A stretch of DNA of 64,000 nt from positions 434,001-498,000 of the forward strand of contig AP026128.1 of assembly GCA_030295235.1 (NCBI GenBank), given 5' to 3'. The stretch comes from Fistulifera solaris. Taxonomy: Eukaryota. Each line of letters begins with the position of its first letter. The stretch's first letter is position 1. Under the pieces are notes generated by a model, which did not search any database, was not told the DNA's origin, and saw nothing but the letters and a program-made list of their open reading frames with translations. Of this stretch, positions 36,901 through 48,044 are shown piece after piece. The position numbers and the translations under genes were made by a program.

Positions 36901-39900
36901 ACAACAGGCTTCTTGTGGCAATAAAAATATACCTGAAATAGAGTTGCAACTGCATCTTTCAATCGAGCCTTCGCAGTCCCCCCAGATTTGGAACGAACTA
37001 GTGAGCGAGTTAAAATGTACGGGTGCCGCTAGAAGACGTAAGTTGTTCTTATGCAAAGTGAAATGCAGTGGGCTTGATTTCTCATCCTTTATTTGCAGTC
37101 CTTCGAGAAATTGCAAGAGTTTTTGATAGCTGCCAGATCGATCCAACAGAGTTTCCAATTGATCTTCTCGACAAGCAGAGTATACTTATGCCCGAGGTCT
37201 CAAGCGTTCTTCAGCTTCCTAGTGACGGAGAATCAATGCTAGCACAAGCCGAAGAGATATTGACTGACATTTCAAAGTGGTCTCAAATTGACTCGAGCTA
37301 CGTCATTCAGCGCGCTCTTTCAATTATCGAAGCTGCTGATAAGAACCGTCTTGTCTTCGAAGTCGTTTTATACTGCATATGCGGGCGAATGGATCTAGCC
37401 GAGTTGGCGGTGCGAGTAGCGTCGAGGGGCCAGATAGAGAGATGCTTTTCATTGGTGCGCAGTACTGACACGGGCAATCAAAAACGCAGTCCCGATTCCG
37501 ATTGTCCTCGCGAGTCCTACGTCGTAAGGCAGCGAGAATCAGCTGGCAGCTCGAGTTGTGCCTTTGGCTACATAGGGGCGATAGCTTTCCTCTCTCTCCT
37601 TTAGGCATTAAGGAGACTATCTGTGCGGTTCGACTTGGGCTGCTGATCGCAAGCTGGAACCATGACTATGCAAGCATACAAGCGCTAGTCGAAAATCCAC
37701 CGGATTGTCCCCTTGATGAAAACACTGGACGCTTATTGTGGACAAGCTTATGCTACAAAGATTTTGAGAAACCTCTGGTCAAAGAAAAGGGAGGAACAAG
37801 CGGAGGATGGGAGTTTTTGGTAGACTGTAAGCGCTCGCAGGCTACCGACATGCTGAAAGACAGGCCCACTGGATGTTTCATTATTCGTCCACATACAAAA
37901 GATCATGGTGTGTTTACTTTAAGTTTCAAAACAAATTTAAAGCCAGTTAAGGAGGAAAAAAGAAGACGAAGGGGAAGCGAATGCAGAAAATCTTGGTGAT
38001 CAGCTGTCGGACCAAGAGACGAGTAACGTATTGACTGGGCAGGCGACTAAGTCGGCCAAGAAGAACGATGTCGTTCAGCACGCGATCATCCGACTCTCTG
38101 AATCTGGGTTTCGGTGTGGATCTTTTGGACCTTTTGCTTCCTTAATGAGTCTTCTAGAAGCAGTATCAGCATCGCTACCTTTCAAACTGCGTTTTGATAA
38201 GCCGCCAGCAAATCACCTAATTCTTGACGAAGGATCTCAAACATCCCCGAATGCGGTTTTATTCCACAAATTTGCAGCATTAGTAAAGGAGGATCATTCA
38301 CTTACGGATGAAATTTTTGTTGGCCCAGAAAATGCTTCCAGCACTTTGCAAAGCTCAGCGATATCAGGCAGGACGCACGTAAACGAGGCGGCACAATTAG
38401 ACAGAGTCAAAGTTTTTTCGAGTTTTTTAAATCTCATGAAAGTATTGTCGATGTGTCGTCAACTCACAAGTGTGGCAGCTGTTACGAGTGATAATGAATC
38501 AAAAACACTAGAATGCGTTGAAAATGAAACGGATTGGGACGTCAACGGTTGCAGACAGTATCAAGTGCTCGAAGCTCATCGAATACTTCATCCGTTCCTG
38601 TCATGGTGTCGAGCCGCTGAGATTCTTGTCCTGTCAGATTTCACGTCACATCCTTTCTGCACAATGAAACCCTCAGGAACTTCCGACGCTGTCGCTTCGG
38701 AGGAATCGCAAGAAGTTCAAGAAGTTGATCGGGACCTCAAAGGCGATGGGATGCTGAGGAAAATGATCCAGCAAGGTTCTGGGGTTGAGTTTTCGACTCT
38801 TCGACTTGTTGATGGCGGTGAATGCACGATGGTTGTGTTATTTAAAAGAAATGATGCTCTTGAATGGCTGGTTTCAGGCGGATACGACCAAAATGAAGTA
38901 GAGGCTGCTAATCGGCTAGCATCGATGGAAAATGCAAGATTTATTGAGCCAGTCGACTTGAGCAAGTTAAGACTCAAACACAAGGGCGCAGCAACAGAGG
39001 AAGTAGTAACATATCGCTTCATTGATCCTTGGGAGGTTGAGGCCCTTGAAAATCGCGACGCAGAAACTCGTGCTGCAACACTTGGACGCAGCAAAGTTCT
39101 TGGTTTTAGTTTGAAAAGAGTTTCTTTTGCTTTGGATCCACTCCTCTTGGCAATTGGAGGAGCTCCGCTGCTTGATCTGTGGAATAGCTTACAAGGGGGG
39201 AGTTATGTTGACCAAAGCGATTGCGTCTTTGCACCCTCCGTGGGAACGTGCAGCTGGGGGAGACTTGATTATCGGCAGTGAATCGTCTCAGTCCCCCTAC
39301 ATGAATAGTATTCGCAAGATGCTATACAGAGACTCGATCTTTCGAGCGCTACGGTTGCCCCAGCGTTTTATTACACTATTACAAGTGGAATTGCTGGACT
39401 TGAAAAATTTAACGTCGCCCGGTGGTTCACTCGCCTTGACTGTGTATGCATTGCTGCGACCCAAGCGAGCTGGCCATGGTGCGAACCTTACCAATAAGGC
39501 CCGCACACTCGATAGTGCCGCTACGCAGCCAGTTAAGCTGACAAAATCGACAGGACCGAATGCACCTGCGTCTTGGGGGAGTGTTGTCCGTTTCCGTTTT
39601 GGTCTTCCGGAAGACGTATCCATGGACGGCACGAGTAAAGATTCCGACCAAGAGAGTATATTTAAGGGCCCACCAACTTTCCTGCAATTGTCCGTGTACG
39701 AAAAGAAGCTATTGGTCGATCACTTACTTGGTTCTGCAGATGTTTCTATGGATGGTCTTTGGCCCGGAGGCCAACTGGAAGAGTGGGTACCACTTCGATC
39801 GGACAAAAGCAGCATTACATGGTTCGCCCGGATCCGGCTGACCCTCCGATTTGAATTGATGTGTTTAGCCGAGAAAGGGTCCGAGGCACCGGACCGGGAA

Positions 39901-40032
39901 GCTCCCAGTGTTGGTTTACGACGAATTGAAGAGCTGAGTCGAGCTGGGGGTGCCGCTCATGAGGAAAGTTTCGAGAAGCGGTCACTGAGTTCCCCGGATT
40001 TACTCAGTTACTTTGAAAGTATGGTTTATTAA
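30957..40032 (+). CDS. Giant Rav1/DMXL (rabconnectin-3 alpha)-like protein with PDZ, SH2, DEP-like and C2 modules; multiple frameshifts
   Basis: Overlapping plus-strand ORF chain of about 3000 aa; Rav1_C-like LNWDNARKLRIPFWLRS...AAEKNAFSLLRKNKHRAAASFFLL; PDZ GLGLRL...GDELISANG; SH2 W...RSQATDMLKDRPTGCFIIR...FTLSF; C2 LQLSVYEKKLLVDHLLG...EEWVPL. Confidence 0.72.
36324..36836 (+). repeat. Coding minisatellite, about 6.6 copies of 78 bp (26 aa SGAMESSIFDDFAGPPKQIQQSNHSx)
   Basis: ATG of each unit from 36333 to 36801 at exact 78-nt steps. Confidence 0.95.
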
Positions 40033-40946
40033 AGTGGATGGGTGAAAGTCTATTCTCAATAAAGTATAGTGATCGTGTACTTTATGCCTGTGCCCTCACC
40101 ATTTATATTCGTAGACGGATAACGGGTCGCCCCCCGAATTTGACACAAATATTCTTGTCGATCATGCTCAGAAGTGCCATCGGATTATAGCCATTGCGTC
40201 AAATGGAACTGAATCATTGACAAGACGTTGGCTGCTCTTACATTTCGCTTCCAGTCCGGGATCTTCTTTCTACGCTATACTAAAATAATATTGTTCCGAT
40301 GTCACGAATGAAAGTGACGCTAATTCATTATTAACATATCAAAGTCAATGAAAACAACCGAATTATTACCGTACTTGCCATTATTTATTGGTCTCCACTT
40401 TTATTTTGATTATTTCAAAGTCATATTTTACTGAACTTTCAATGAACATATTTTCCGGGACTGCAATCAAATGGAGTCGGACTCTCGTAAACCAACATTC
40501 TACGCTATAGTCAAAATTGGTGAAATTCCATGAAATGAAATTGACGCTAATTCATTGCTAAAACATGATCAAGATGGGCAACAACGGCACAGTAGTAGAT
40601 TTATCACATGATGGATAGCATCTATTGCTTTGAAACAGTGATTAGGACGTAGTATTACCCTGAAATGGTCACCGACGACAAGGGACGGGACTGAAAAATT
40701 AAGTCAGACTGCGTTGAACCTACAATAAACGGGATAGTGTAGAATCAGATTAATGTCGCAACGTAAAGTGCTGCCTGTCGTCCGTCGTTTCGAAGGATTT
40801 TTTCAGTGGTCCTTGTTGGCTTGATTTGCGCACCTTGCAACTAATTTGTGCGTGTCGGTCGGTGACCGTTGCCGCTCGAGAGAGAGAGCTTCTCGATTCG
40901 ATTGGCTTTCTAGAGTCTATCTTTCTATTTCGTTAACACGACGAGC

Positions 40947-42581
40947 ATGTTTCGAACGGCCTTTTCGAAAAGCCGAGGAGCGGCATGGGCTTTGGGCGCG
41001 ACGGCGGGAAGTGCCGTTACTGGATGGGTAAGTACGATTTTGAATTGTTGTGAAGGCGCGATTTGTAGAAAAGACTGAGTAAGCTCACACTTGTTTTGTT
41101 GTTTCAGATCTGGACGTCACAGCAAGAGACACCTGCGTTCTGCAGCAACGACAACAGCTCTGTATTGGGAATGCTGCAACAAGTGTCGCAACGATTGGAA
41201 CATCTCGAACATCTGGTCGGCGGCAAAAGTATCGCCAGCCAACGTTCCTCCACCAAGGATTCACCCCGCATCGATATCGTCCTCGGCGCACAGTGGGGTG
41301 ATGAAGGAAAAGGAAAGCTGGTCGACATGCTTTCGTCGGGAGGATACGACGTTTGTGCGCGTGTCGCGGGCGGATCGAATGCGGGGCACACCATTGTGGT
41401 GGAAGGCAAAAGTACAAATTTCATCTTTTGCCCAGTGGAGTATTGAATCCGAATGCCGTCTGCGTAATTGGTAACGGTGTTGTGGTGCACATTCCGTCGT
41501 TTTTGAATGAACTCGACAGTCTCACGGCCGCCGGTGTCGATTGGAAGGGACGGGTCCTCTTGAGTGATCGAGCGCACTTGGTGTTCGATTTGCATCAGGA
41601 AGTTGATGGCATGTCGGACGCGGGATTGGGACGACACAAGTTGGGAACGACGAAAAAGGTATCGGACCCGCGTATGCATCCAAGATCAATCGCACCGGAC
41701 TACGCGTGGGAGATTTGCAAGATGACAGTTGGGATAACTTTGAGAGACGCTTCCGGAACTTGGTAGAATCCCACAAGCAGGCGTTCCCTTCGTTAGAAGT
41801 GGACATTGACGAGCAACTCGCCTACTACAAGGCCGTTGCCCCTCGCGTACAAGAAATGATGGTGGATACCATTCAGTACACAAATCAACAATACGACCAA
41901 GGCAAACGCATTTTGGTCGAAGGTGCGAATGCCACGATGCTGGACATTGATTTCGGTACCTACCCGTTCGTAACAAGTAGTAATCCATCGGTGGGATCCG
42001 TGTTGACTGGATTGGGTGTCAGCCCCAGAAAGTTGGGAGGCATTTACGGGACGGTCAAGGCTTACTGCACTCGCGTGGGAGAAGGACCCTTCCCCACCGA
42101 GTTGCCCGTGGAAAAGAACAGTCCCGGCTTTCACCTTGGCCACGTGGGTGCCGAGTACGGAACAACGACCGGACGTCCGCGTCGCGTGGGATGGTTGGAT
42201 ATCCCGCAAATGAAGTATTCGGCTACATTGAATGGTTTCACCAGCTTGAACTTGACCAAAGTAGATGTCCTCACCGGACTCGAAACAGTGAAATTGGGAG
42301 TTTCCTACAAATACAAGGGCAAATATCTGGACTCGATGCCGGCCAACTTAAAAGTTCTTGAGGATGTTGAAGTGGAATTTGAAGAACTGCCGGGATGGAA
42401 GGAAGACATTTCATCGTGCAGGACGTTCGAGGAGCTACCAATGAATTGTCAGACTTACATTCTGCGAGTACAAGAACTGATTGGCGTGCCCATTCGGTGG
42501 ATTGGCGTGGGCCCGAATCGGGCGGATGTCATTGATCGCGGAGTCGGATGGGACTTATCAGAGTCACCATCTCAATCATAA
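40947..42581 (+). CDS. purA: Adenylosuccinate synthetase; exon 1 40947-41027, exon 2 from 41108; frameshifts near 41410 and 41655
   Basis: [70 protein letters not shown]; both shifts lie in A runs. Confidence 0.95.
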
Positions 42582-42612
42582 AATTATAGCAACCCATTCT
42601 ATGCTCTTTATC

Positions 42613-44289
42613 AACGTGCACAAAATGCGCCTGTGACTCGAAGCACTAGGTCAAGAATTTCTAAACCAATCACACAGAATTTCTGTTCGACATAAAACCA
42701 CGGTTCACGGATTTTAGATTTTCTGGAATTGGCACAAAATGGCTGTAATACTCAAAACAATAATTCCAGACGATTGGGAACGCCCACAGCATTTCTGTTG
42801 GACGCAAAACACCAACATTAGCTTACCTGAAACGTGCACAAGATGCGTGTGTGACGACTCGAAGCACTAGGTCCAGAAATTCTGGACCAATCACACAGAA
42901 TTTCTGTTAGACATAAAACCACGGTTCACGGATTTTAGATTTTCTGGAATTGGCACAAAATGGCTGTAATACTCAAAACAATAATTCCAGAAGATTGGGA
43001 ACGTCCACAGCATTTCTGTTGGACGCAAAACACCAACATTAGCTTACCTGAAACGTGCACAAGATGCGTGTGTGACGACTTGAACCAACAGGTCCAGAAA
43101 TTCTGGACCAATCACACAGAATTTCTGTTCGACATAAAACCACGGTTCACGGATTTTAGATTTTCTGGAATTGGCACAAAATGGCTGTAATACTCAAAAC
43201 AATAATTCCAGACGATTGGGAACGCCCACAGCATTTCTGTTGGACGCAAAACACCAACATTAGCTTACCTGAAACGTGCACAAGATGCGCGTGTGACGAC
43301 TCGAAGCACTAGGTCCAGAAATTCTGGACCAATCACACAGAATTTCTGTTCGACATAAAACGACGGTTCACGGATTCCAGAATTAATGGAATTGACACAA
43401 AATGGTTGTAATACTCAAAACAATAATTCTAGAAGACTAGGAACGTCCACAGCATTTCTGTAGGACGCAAAACACCAACATTAGCTTACCTGAAACGTGC
43501 ACAAGATGCGTGTGTGACGACTCGAAGCACTAGGTCCAGAAATTCTGGACCAATCACACAGAATTTCTGTTAGACATAAAACCACGGTTCACGGATTTTA
43601 GATTTTCTGGAATTGGCACAAAATGGCTGTAATACTCAAAACAATAATTCCAGAAGATTGGGAACGTCCACAGCATTTCTGTTGGACGCAAAACACCAAC
43701 ATTAGCTTACCTGAAACGTGCACAAGATGCGTGTGTGACGACTTGAACCAACAGGTCCAGAAATTCTGGACCAATCACACACAATTTCTGTTAGACATAA
43801 AACCACGGTTCACGGATTCCAGAATTAATGGAATTGACACAAAATGGTTGTAATACTCAAAACAATAATTCTAGAAGATTAGGAACATCCACAGCAATTC
43901 TGTTGGACGCAAAGCACCAACATTAGCTTACCTGAAACGTGCACAAAATGCGCCTGTGACTCGAAGCACTAGGTCCAGAAATTCTGGACCAATCACACAG
44001 AATTTCTGTTCGACATAAAACCACGGTTCACGGATTCCAGAATTAATGGAATTGGCACAAAATGGCTGTAATACTCAAAACAATAATTCCAGAAGATTGG
44101 GAACGTCCACAGCATTTCTGTTGGACGCAAAACACCAACATTAGCTTACCTGAAACGTGCACAAGATGCGTGTGTGACGACTTGAACCAACAGGTCCAGA
44201 AATTCTGGACCAATCACACACAATTTCTGTTAGACATAAAACCACGGTTCACGGATTCCAGAATTAATGGAATTGGCACAAATGGCTGT
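42613..44289. repeat. Satellite array, about 7.6 copies of a 221-bp unit
   Basis: Units start (aacgtgcac) at 42613, 42831, 43052, 43273, 43494, 43715, 43936, 44154; periods 221, or 218 where a 3-nt deletion is present. Confidence 0.97.
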
Positions 44290-44651
44290 TTTTCCTAAAC
44301 AGCGATTTCGGAGGATTTGGAATTGGATTTGGGATTTACACAGAATTTCTATCGGAGCCAAACAGCGATGCACAAAATTTGGGTCTGACGCAAATCATCA
44401 GCTATTCCATAATATCTGTATAGTAGACTAGTCGGAAGCTAGTCTATGTGTGATCATTTGAAACTTTCGGTGCATAAAATTGACATTACTACGTGCTCAC
44501 TGTTGTATCAATTCATTCTTCATCACTCTATTCTTTCGCAATCTTAGTTTTATCATCGTTTGTAATTTCTGAGTTTATAAAAAACAACTGTTTCCATTAA
44601 AATTTACGGAGCAGTTTATAGGCCAGGAAGTCACCCTTGCAATCCTTCCAT

Positions 44652-44749
44652 TGAGTCACGTGCATTACGTCAGTGCATTCGAACATTTTCGACCCGCGAT
44701 CTGCGATCTTCCAACCTCAACTGGATCGTACTCTTTGGTCGTTACGTCA
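44652..44749. promoter_or_regulatory. Cluster of bZIP/bHLH-type motifs upstream of Lhcr
   Basis: TGAGTCA 44652, CACGTG 44657, TTACGTCA at 44665 and 44742 (TGACGT on the minus strand), 120-220 bp before the ATG. Confidence 0.5.
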
Positions 44750-44871
44750 CTGAGGTGTGTGTAGATTTTCTACCAGCCGCTGGATCGCGACATGACCCAA
44801 AGCCAACGACAAAAGCAACCCGTTGCAGTTCAACTCTCTTACCTTTTTCATTACATCCTCAATTCCTCAAC

Positions 44872-45718
44872 ATGAAGACTGCTATCCTCGCCTGCTTGTT
44901 GTCTAGTGCCGCGGCCTTTGCGCCCGCACAAAAGGTTAGTGAACGACTGTGCAGCATAGTCATTCGAACGCAATCAACAAGGATCGCCTCTGCTTTACGC
45001 AAAAGGACTTCAAGTCTCTGAGAGCTGATTTGCTCTGTTTTGAAGCCTTTTGTTCGGTCTCGTTGAGTTCGAAGAGGCAGATATTTTATCCGGCTTGATT
45101 GAACTATATTGCTAGTCATGAATGTTTTCGAATACAGGTCTTTTCTCACGAAACTTGTTTCACTTTCTCGTCTTATCACAGTCGGCAAAGACTTCTGCCT
45201 TGAACGCGGAGATGTCCAAGTCGATCCCTTTCTTGACCGCCCCCAAGAACACAGCGGGATGGGTTGGTGATGTCGGCTTTGACCCGCTCGGTTTTTCGGA
45301 CTACTTTGACATGAAATGGTTGCGAGAATCCGAGATCAAGCACTCGCGTGCGGCCATGTTGGCTTCCCTTGGTTTCATGGTGCAGCAGTTCGTGACCCTT
45401 CCCGGCATGCCCGATGTTGATGACTCCATGTTGGCTCCCGCTGCCGTAGGACCCAGCCCGATGCTGCAAATTTTCTTCGGACTCGGAGTTTTGGAATTTT
45501 GGTCCAACAACGGAAAGGTCACCATCGAAAACATGTTCTCAGACTCGAGCCGAGTTCCCGGAAACTTCGGTTTTGACCCTCTCGGCATGGCCAAGGGCAA
45601 ATCGGCGGAGGCCATGGCCGATATGGAATTGAAAGAGATCAAAAACGGCCGACTTGCCATGTGCGCCATTGGAGGTATGATGGCCCACAACATTGTCACC
45701 GGTGAACCTCTTTTCTAA
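44872..45718 (+). CDS. Lhcr: Fucoxanthin-chlorophyll a/c light-harvesting protein, Lhcr type; exons 44872-44934 and 45182-45718
   Basis: Bipartite presequence MKTAILACLLSSAAAFAP; SKSIPFL, GDVGFDPLGFS, LRESEIKHSRAAMLA, GFDPLG, KEIKNGRLAM; 247-nt GT-AG intron. Confidence 0.93.
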
Positions 45719-46064
45719 GTCGGTTATGCACAACCACGCAGTTGGTGGAATTGCCATGTTGGGCTTTACCATAATGGCGAGACCATTCTAAGAGGATAGA
45801 GCTAGTGCAGCCATAGTACCATAGTTTCACTTTTTCTCTTCTGTTATTCTTTAGTCTGCTAGACGCATCTTTTCAGTCAGTTGTGTGTCAATGCGTTGAG
45901 CTGCTGTTCGCGTACGGGAATGACGAGTACGATAAAGCTCCCCGCAAGCTAGACGCCGAAGCCGGCTTGTGTTAAGAAACTAAAGAAACGAAATGCGACG
46001 TCAACTGAAAATAAATTCATCAGCATTTCCGTCTGCCTTGAGAGAATAACCACCGTTTCTGCTA

Positions 46065-46531
46065 AGGTACAGCCCCAGGTGTACCCTCTATTTTCCACGA
46101 CTGCAGTTCAGTCATGAATCAATATTCTTTCAGACGACAGAGTTACGTTCAATTCGTTCTTTTGCCAATTAATCTTGCTCTATTTGTTTTGGTTGCAATG
46201 ACAAAAGTTCTAGCAGCATTTTGATTAAACACCTTGATCTTTTTACGTCGTAAAGCCTGCGAAACGTTTTACGTATTTTACTATGATTCACATGTTTGAC
46301 CTGGCAGCGGTTCCGTGGTCGGTGGATTTCATCCATTGTCCACTGGGTCAGTTGTGTTTCTCTAACTTGTATTAGGGATTCGGTTCTCTTGTAGGGATAG
46401 GACGTAAGCATAGTAAATTCTAGCCATTTTATAGATCAAAGTGGTGTCCGTTTTTCACCACGACTTCACTTCAGTCAAGAATCAACATTCTTCCGAGCGA
46501 CAATGCTACCTACAGTTCGTCCGTTCAGCAA
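46065..46531 (+). repeat. Pair of dispersed-family repeat copies (about 46065-46165 and 46427-46531)
   Basis: ccacgact...ttcagtca(t/a)gaatcaa-attctt...cgaca...ttcgt in both; offset 363. Confidence 0.7.
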
Positions 46532-47003
46532 ATTGTCTTTTCTTTGTCTGAGCCAGATTGTCATCTCGCCAACAAAGTCTTGAGTATTCTTTTAATCAGA
46601 AGACTATGCAGTCACGTTTGCCCTATAACATCCTACGGCAGCTACGTCATGTCAGACGCGCGTAGACTTTCGGCACATTGTCCTGTTGATTTTCTCTGTG
46701 TTTCAAGTAAGAATGAGTTTCGCTTTTTGGTGCGAGATACGCTTTAGCTATGTTGGAGAAGTTTCAAATGACTAAAAAATAGAGGTGAAAATGGTGTGGT
46801 CGATAAAATGCCTACGGCAGCTACGTGGACGTCACGTAGACATTCGACACAGTCCTCTTCCGTTGTCGCAGCAGTAATGAAAACGTCATCATCGGGTTTA
46901 CCGTTCGTTTCACTTTACTAAAAATCAACTGCACCGCTCGATTCTTTATTCAAGCTTATCAAAGTGAGGAAACTGATTCAACACAACGCCAAGATATTCA
47001 AAA

Positions 47004-47798
47004 ATGAGCTACCGAGGAAACAAACGCATTTCTACCAAGCGCAAATTCGTCGCTGATGGTGTCTTTTACGCCGAACTTAACGAACTTTTGATTTCCGAGT
47101 TGGCCGAGGATGGTTATGCCGGTGTCGAAGTTCGCACCACTCCCCACCGCACCGAGCTCATTATCCGTGCCACCCGCACCCAGAATGTTCTCGGTGAGAA
47201 CAATCGTCGCATCCGTGAGTTGACCTCTGTTGTCCAGAAGCGTTTCAACTTTGCGGATGGTGCCGTTGAATTGTACGCCGAACGAGTTCAAAACCGTGGT
47301 CTTTGCGCCCAGGCGCAGGCGGAATCTCTCAAATTCAAGCTTCTCGGAGGACTTGCTGTCCGTCGTGCTTGCTACGGTGTTGTTCGTTTCGTCATGGAGG
47401 CCAGCGCCAAGGGTTGTGAAGTTATCGTCACTGGAAAGCTTCGTGGTCAGCGTGCCAAGGCAATGAAATTCGGCGACGGTTACATGATCAAGACGGGTCA
47501 TGCCGGACAAGTGTACACCGATGTTGCCGTTCGCCACGTACTCATGCGTCAGGGTGTTATTGGTATCAAAGTCAAGATCTTTTTGCCCCAGGACCCCAAG
47601 GGAGTCATCGGACCCAAGATCCCACTCGATGATGTTGTCACTATTTTGGAGCCCAAGGAGGAATTGAGTCCTGCTGCTATGCTCGCCCAACAACAAGCTG
47701 CCGCTGTTGCTGCCTACAGTGCTCCTCCTCCCATGATGGAGGCTAGCATGCCGGTGGATGTTATGGGAGTCGACCCCGCCGCTCAAGCAGGTTTCTAA
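47004..47798 (+). CDS. RPS3: 40S ribosomal protein S3 (uS3)
   Basis: [57 protein letters not shown]. Confidence 0.98.
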   Translation: MSYRGNKRISTKRKFVADGVFYAELNELLISELAEDGYAGVEVRTTPHRTELIIRATRTQNVLGENNRRIRELTSVVQKRFNFADGAVELYAERVQNRGLCAQAQAESLKFKLLGGLAVRRACYGVVRFVMEASAKGCEVIVTGKLRGQRAKAMKFGDGYMIKTGHAGQVYTDVAVRHVLMRQGVIGIKVKIFLPQDPKGVIGPKIPLDDVVTILEPKEELSPAAMLAQQQAAAVAAYSAPPPMMEASMPVDVMGVDPAAQAGF

Positions 47799-48044
47799 AT
47801 CGTACTAAGAAATAGTTGTTTATCACTTCTTGCCTTTCTTCGTTGTATCATTCGTTGTGAAAGATCGGATAGTGTTACATTTTAGCTTGTTTAGACTACT
47901 GGTATCCAAAAGGATACGATGAACCTTTCAATCAATAAGGTGCTTACCTAAGACTTGGTGAATTGCGTAGACGATGCTAAAGCCTGCTTCGGCTTGGTTG
48001 GATCAACCTTAAAATTCAAATATGAAGCAAGGAAGCTCAAAAAA

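Noticed and set aside
41400..41665. Programmed ribosomal frameshifting in purA
   Set aside because: Both shifts are single missing bases in A runs, like the other probable assembly errors; no stimulatory structure noticed.
42613..44289. Heat-shock element array
   Set aside because: Cores have GAA-N-TTC spacing, not the GAA-NN-TTC required for an HSE.
42613..44289. Centromere call based on the nearby CENH3 gene
   Set aside because: The location of the CENH3 gene says nothing about centromere position; there is no direct evidence.
42960..44298. Three near-identical 76-78 aa ORFs (MAVILKTIIPEDW...)
   Set aside because: By-products of the 221-bp satellite; other units carry stops in the same frame.
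46998..47786. 262-aa antisense ORF over RPS3 (and similar shadow ORFs over Lhcr and CP12)
   Set aside because: Expected from strong codon bias in highly expressed genes; no protein-like features.
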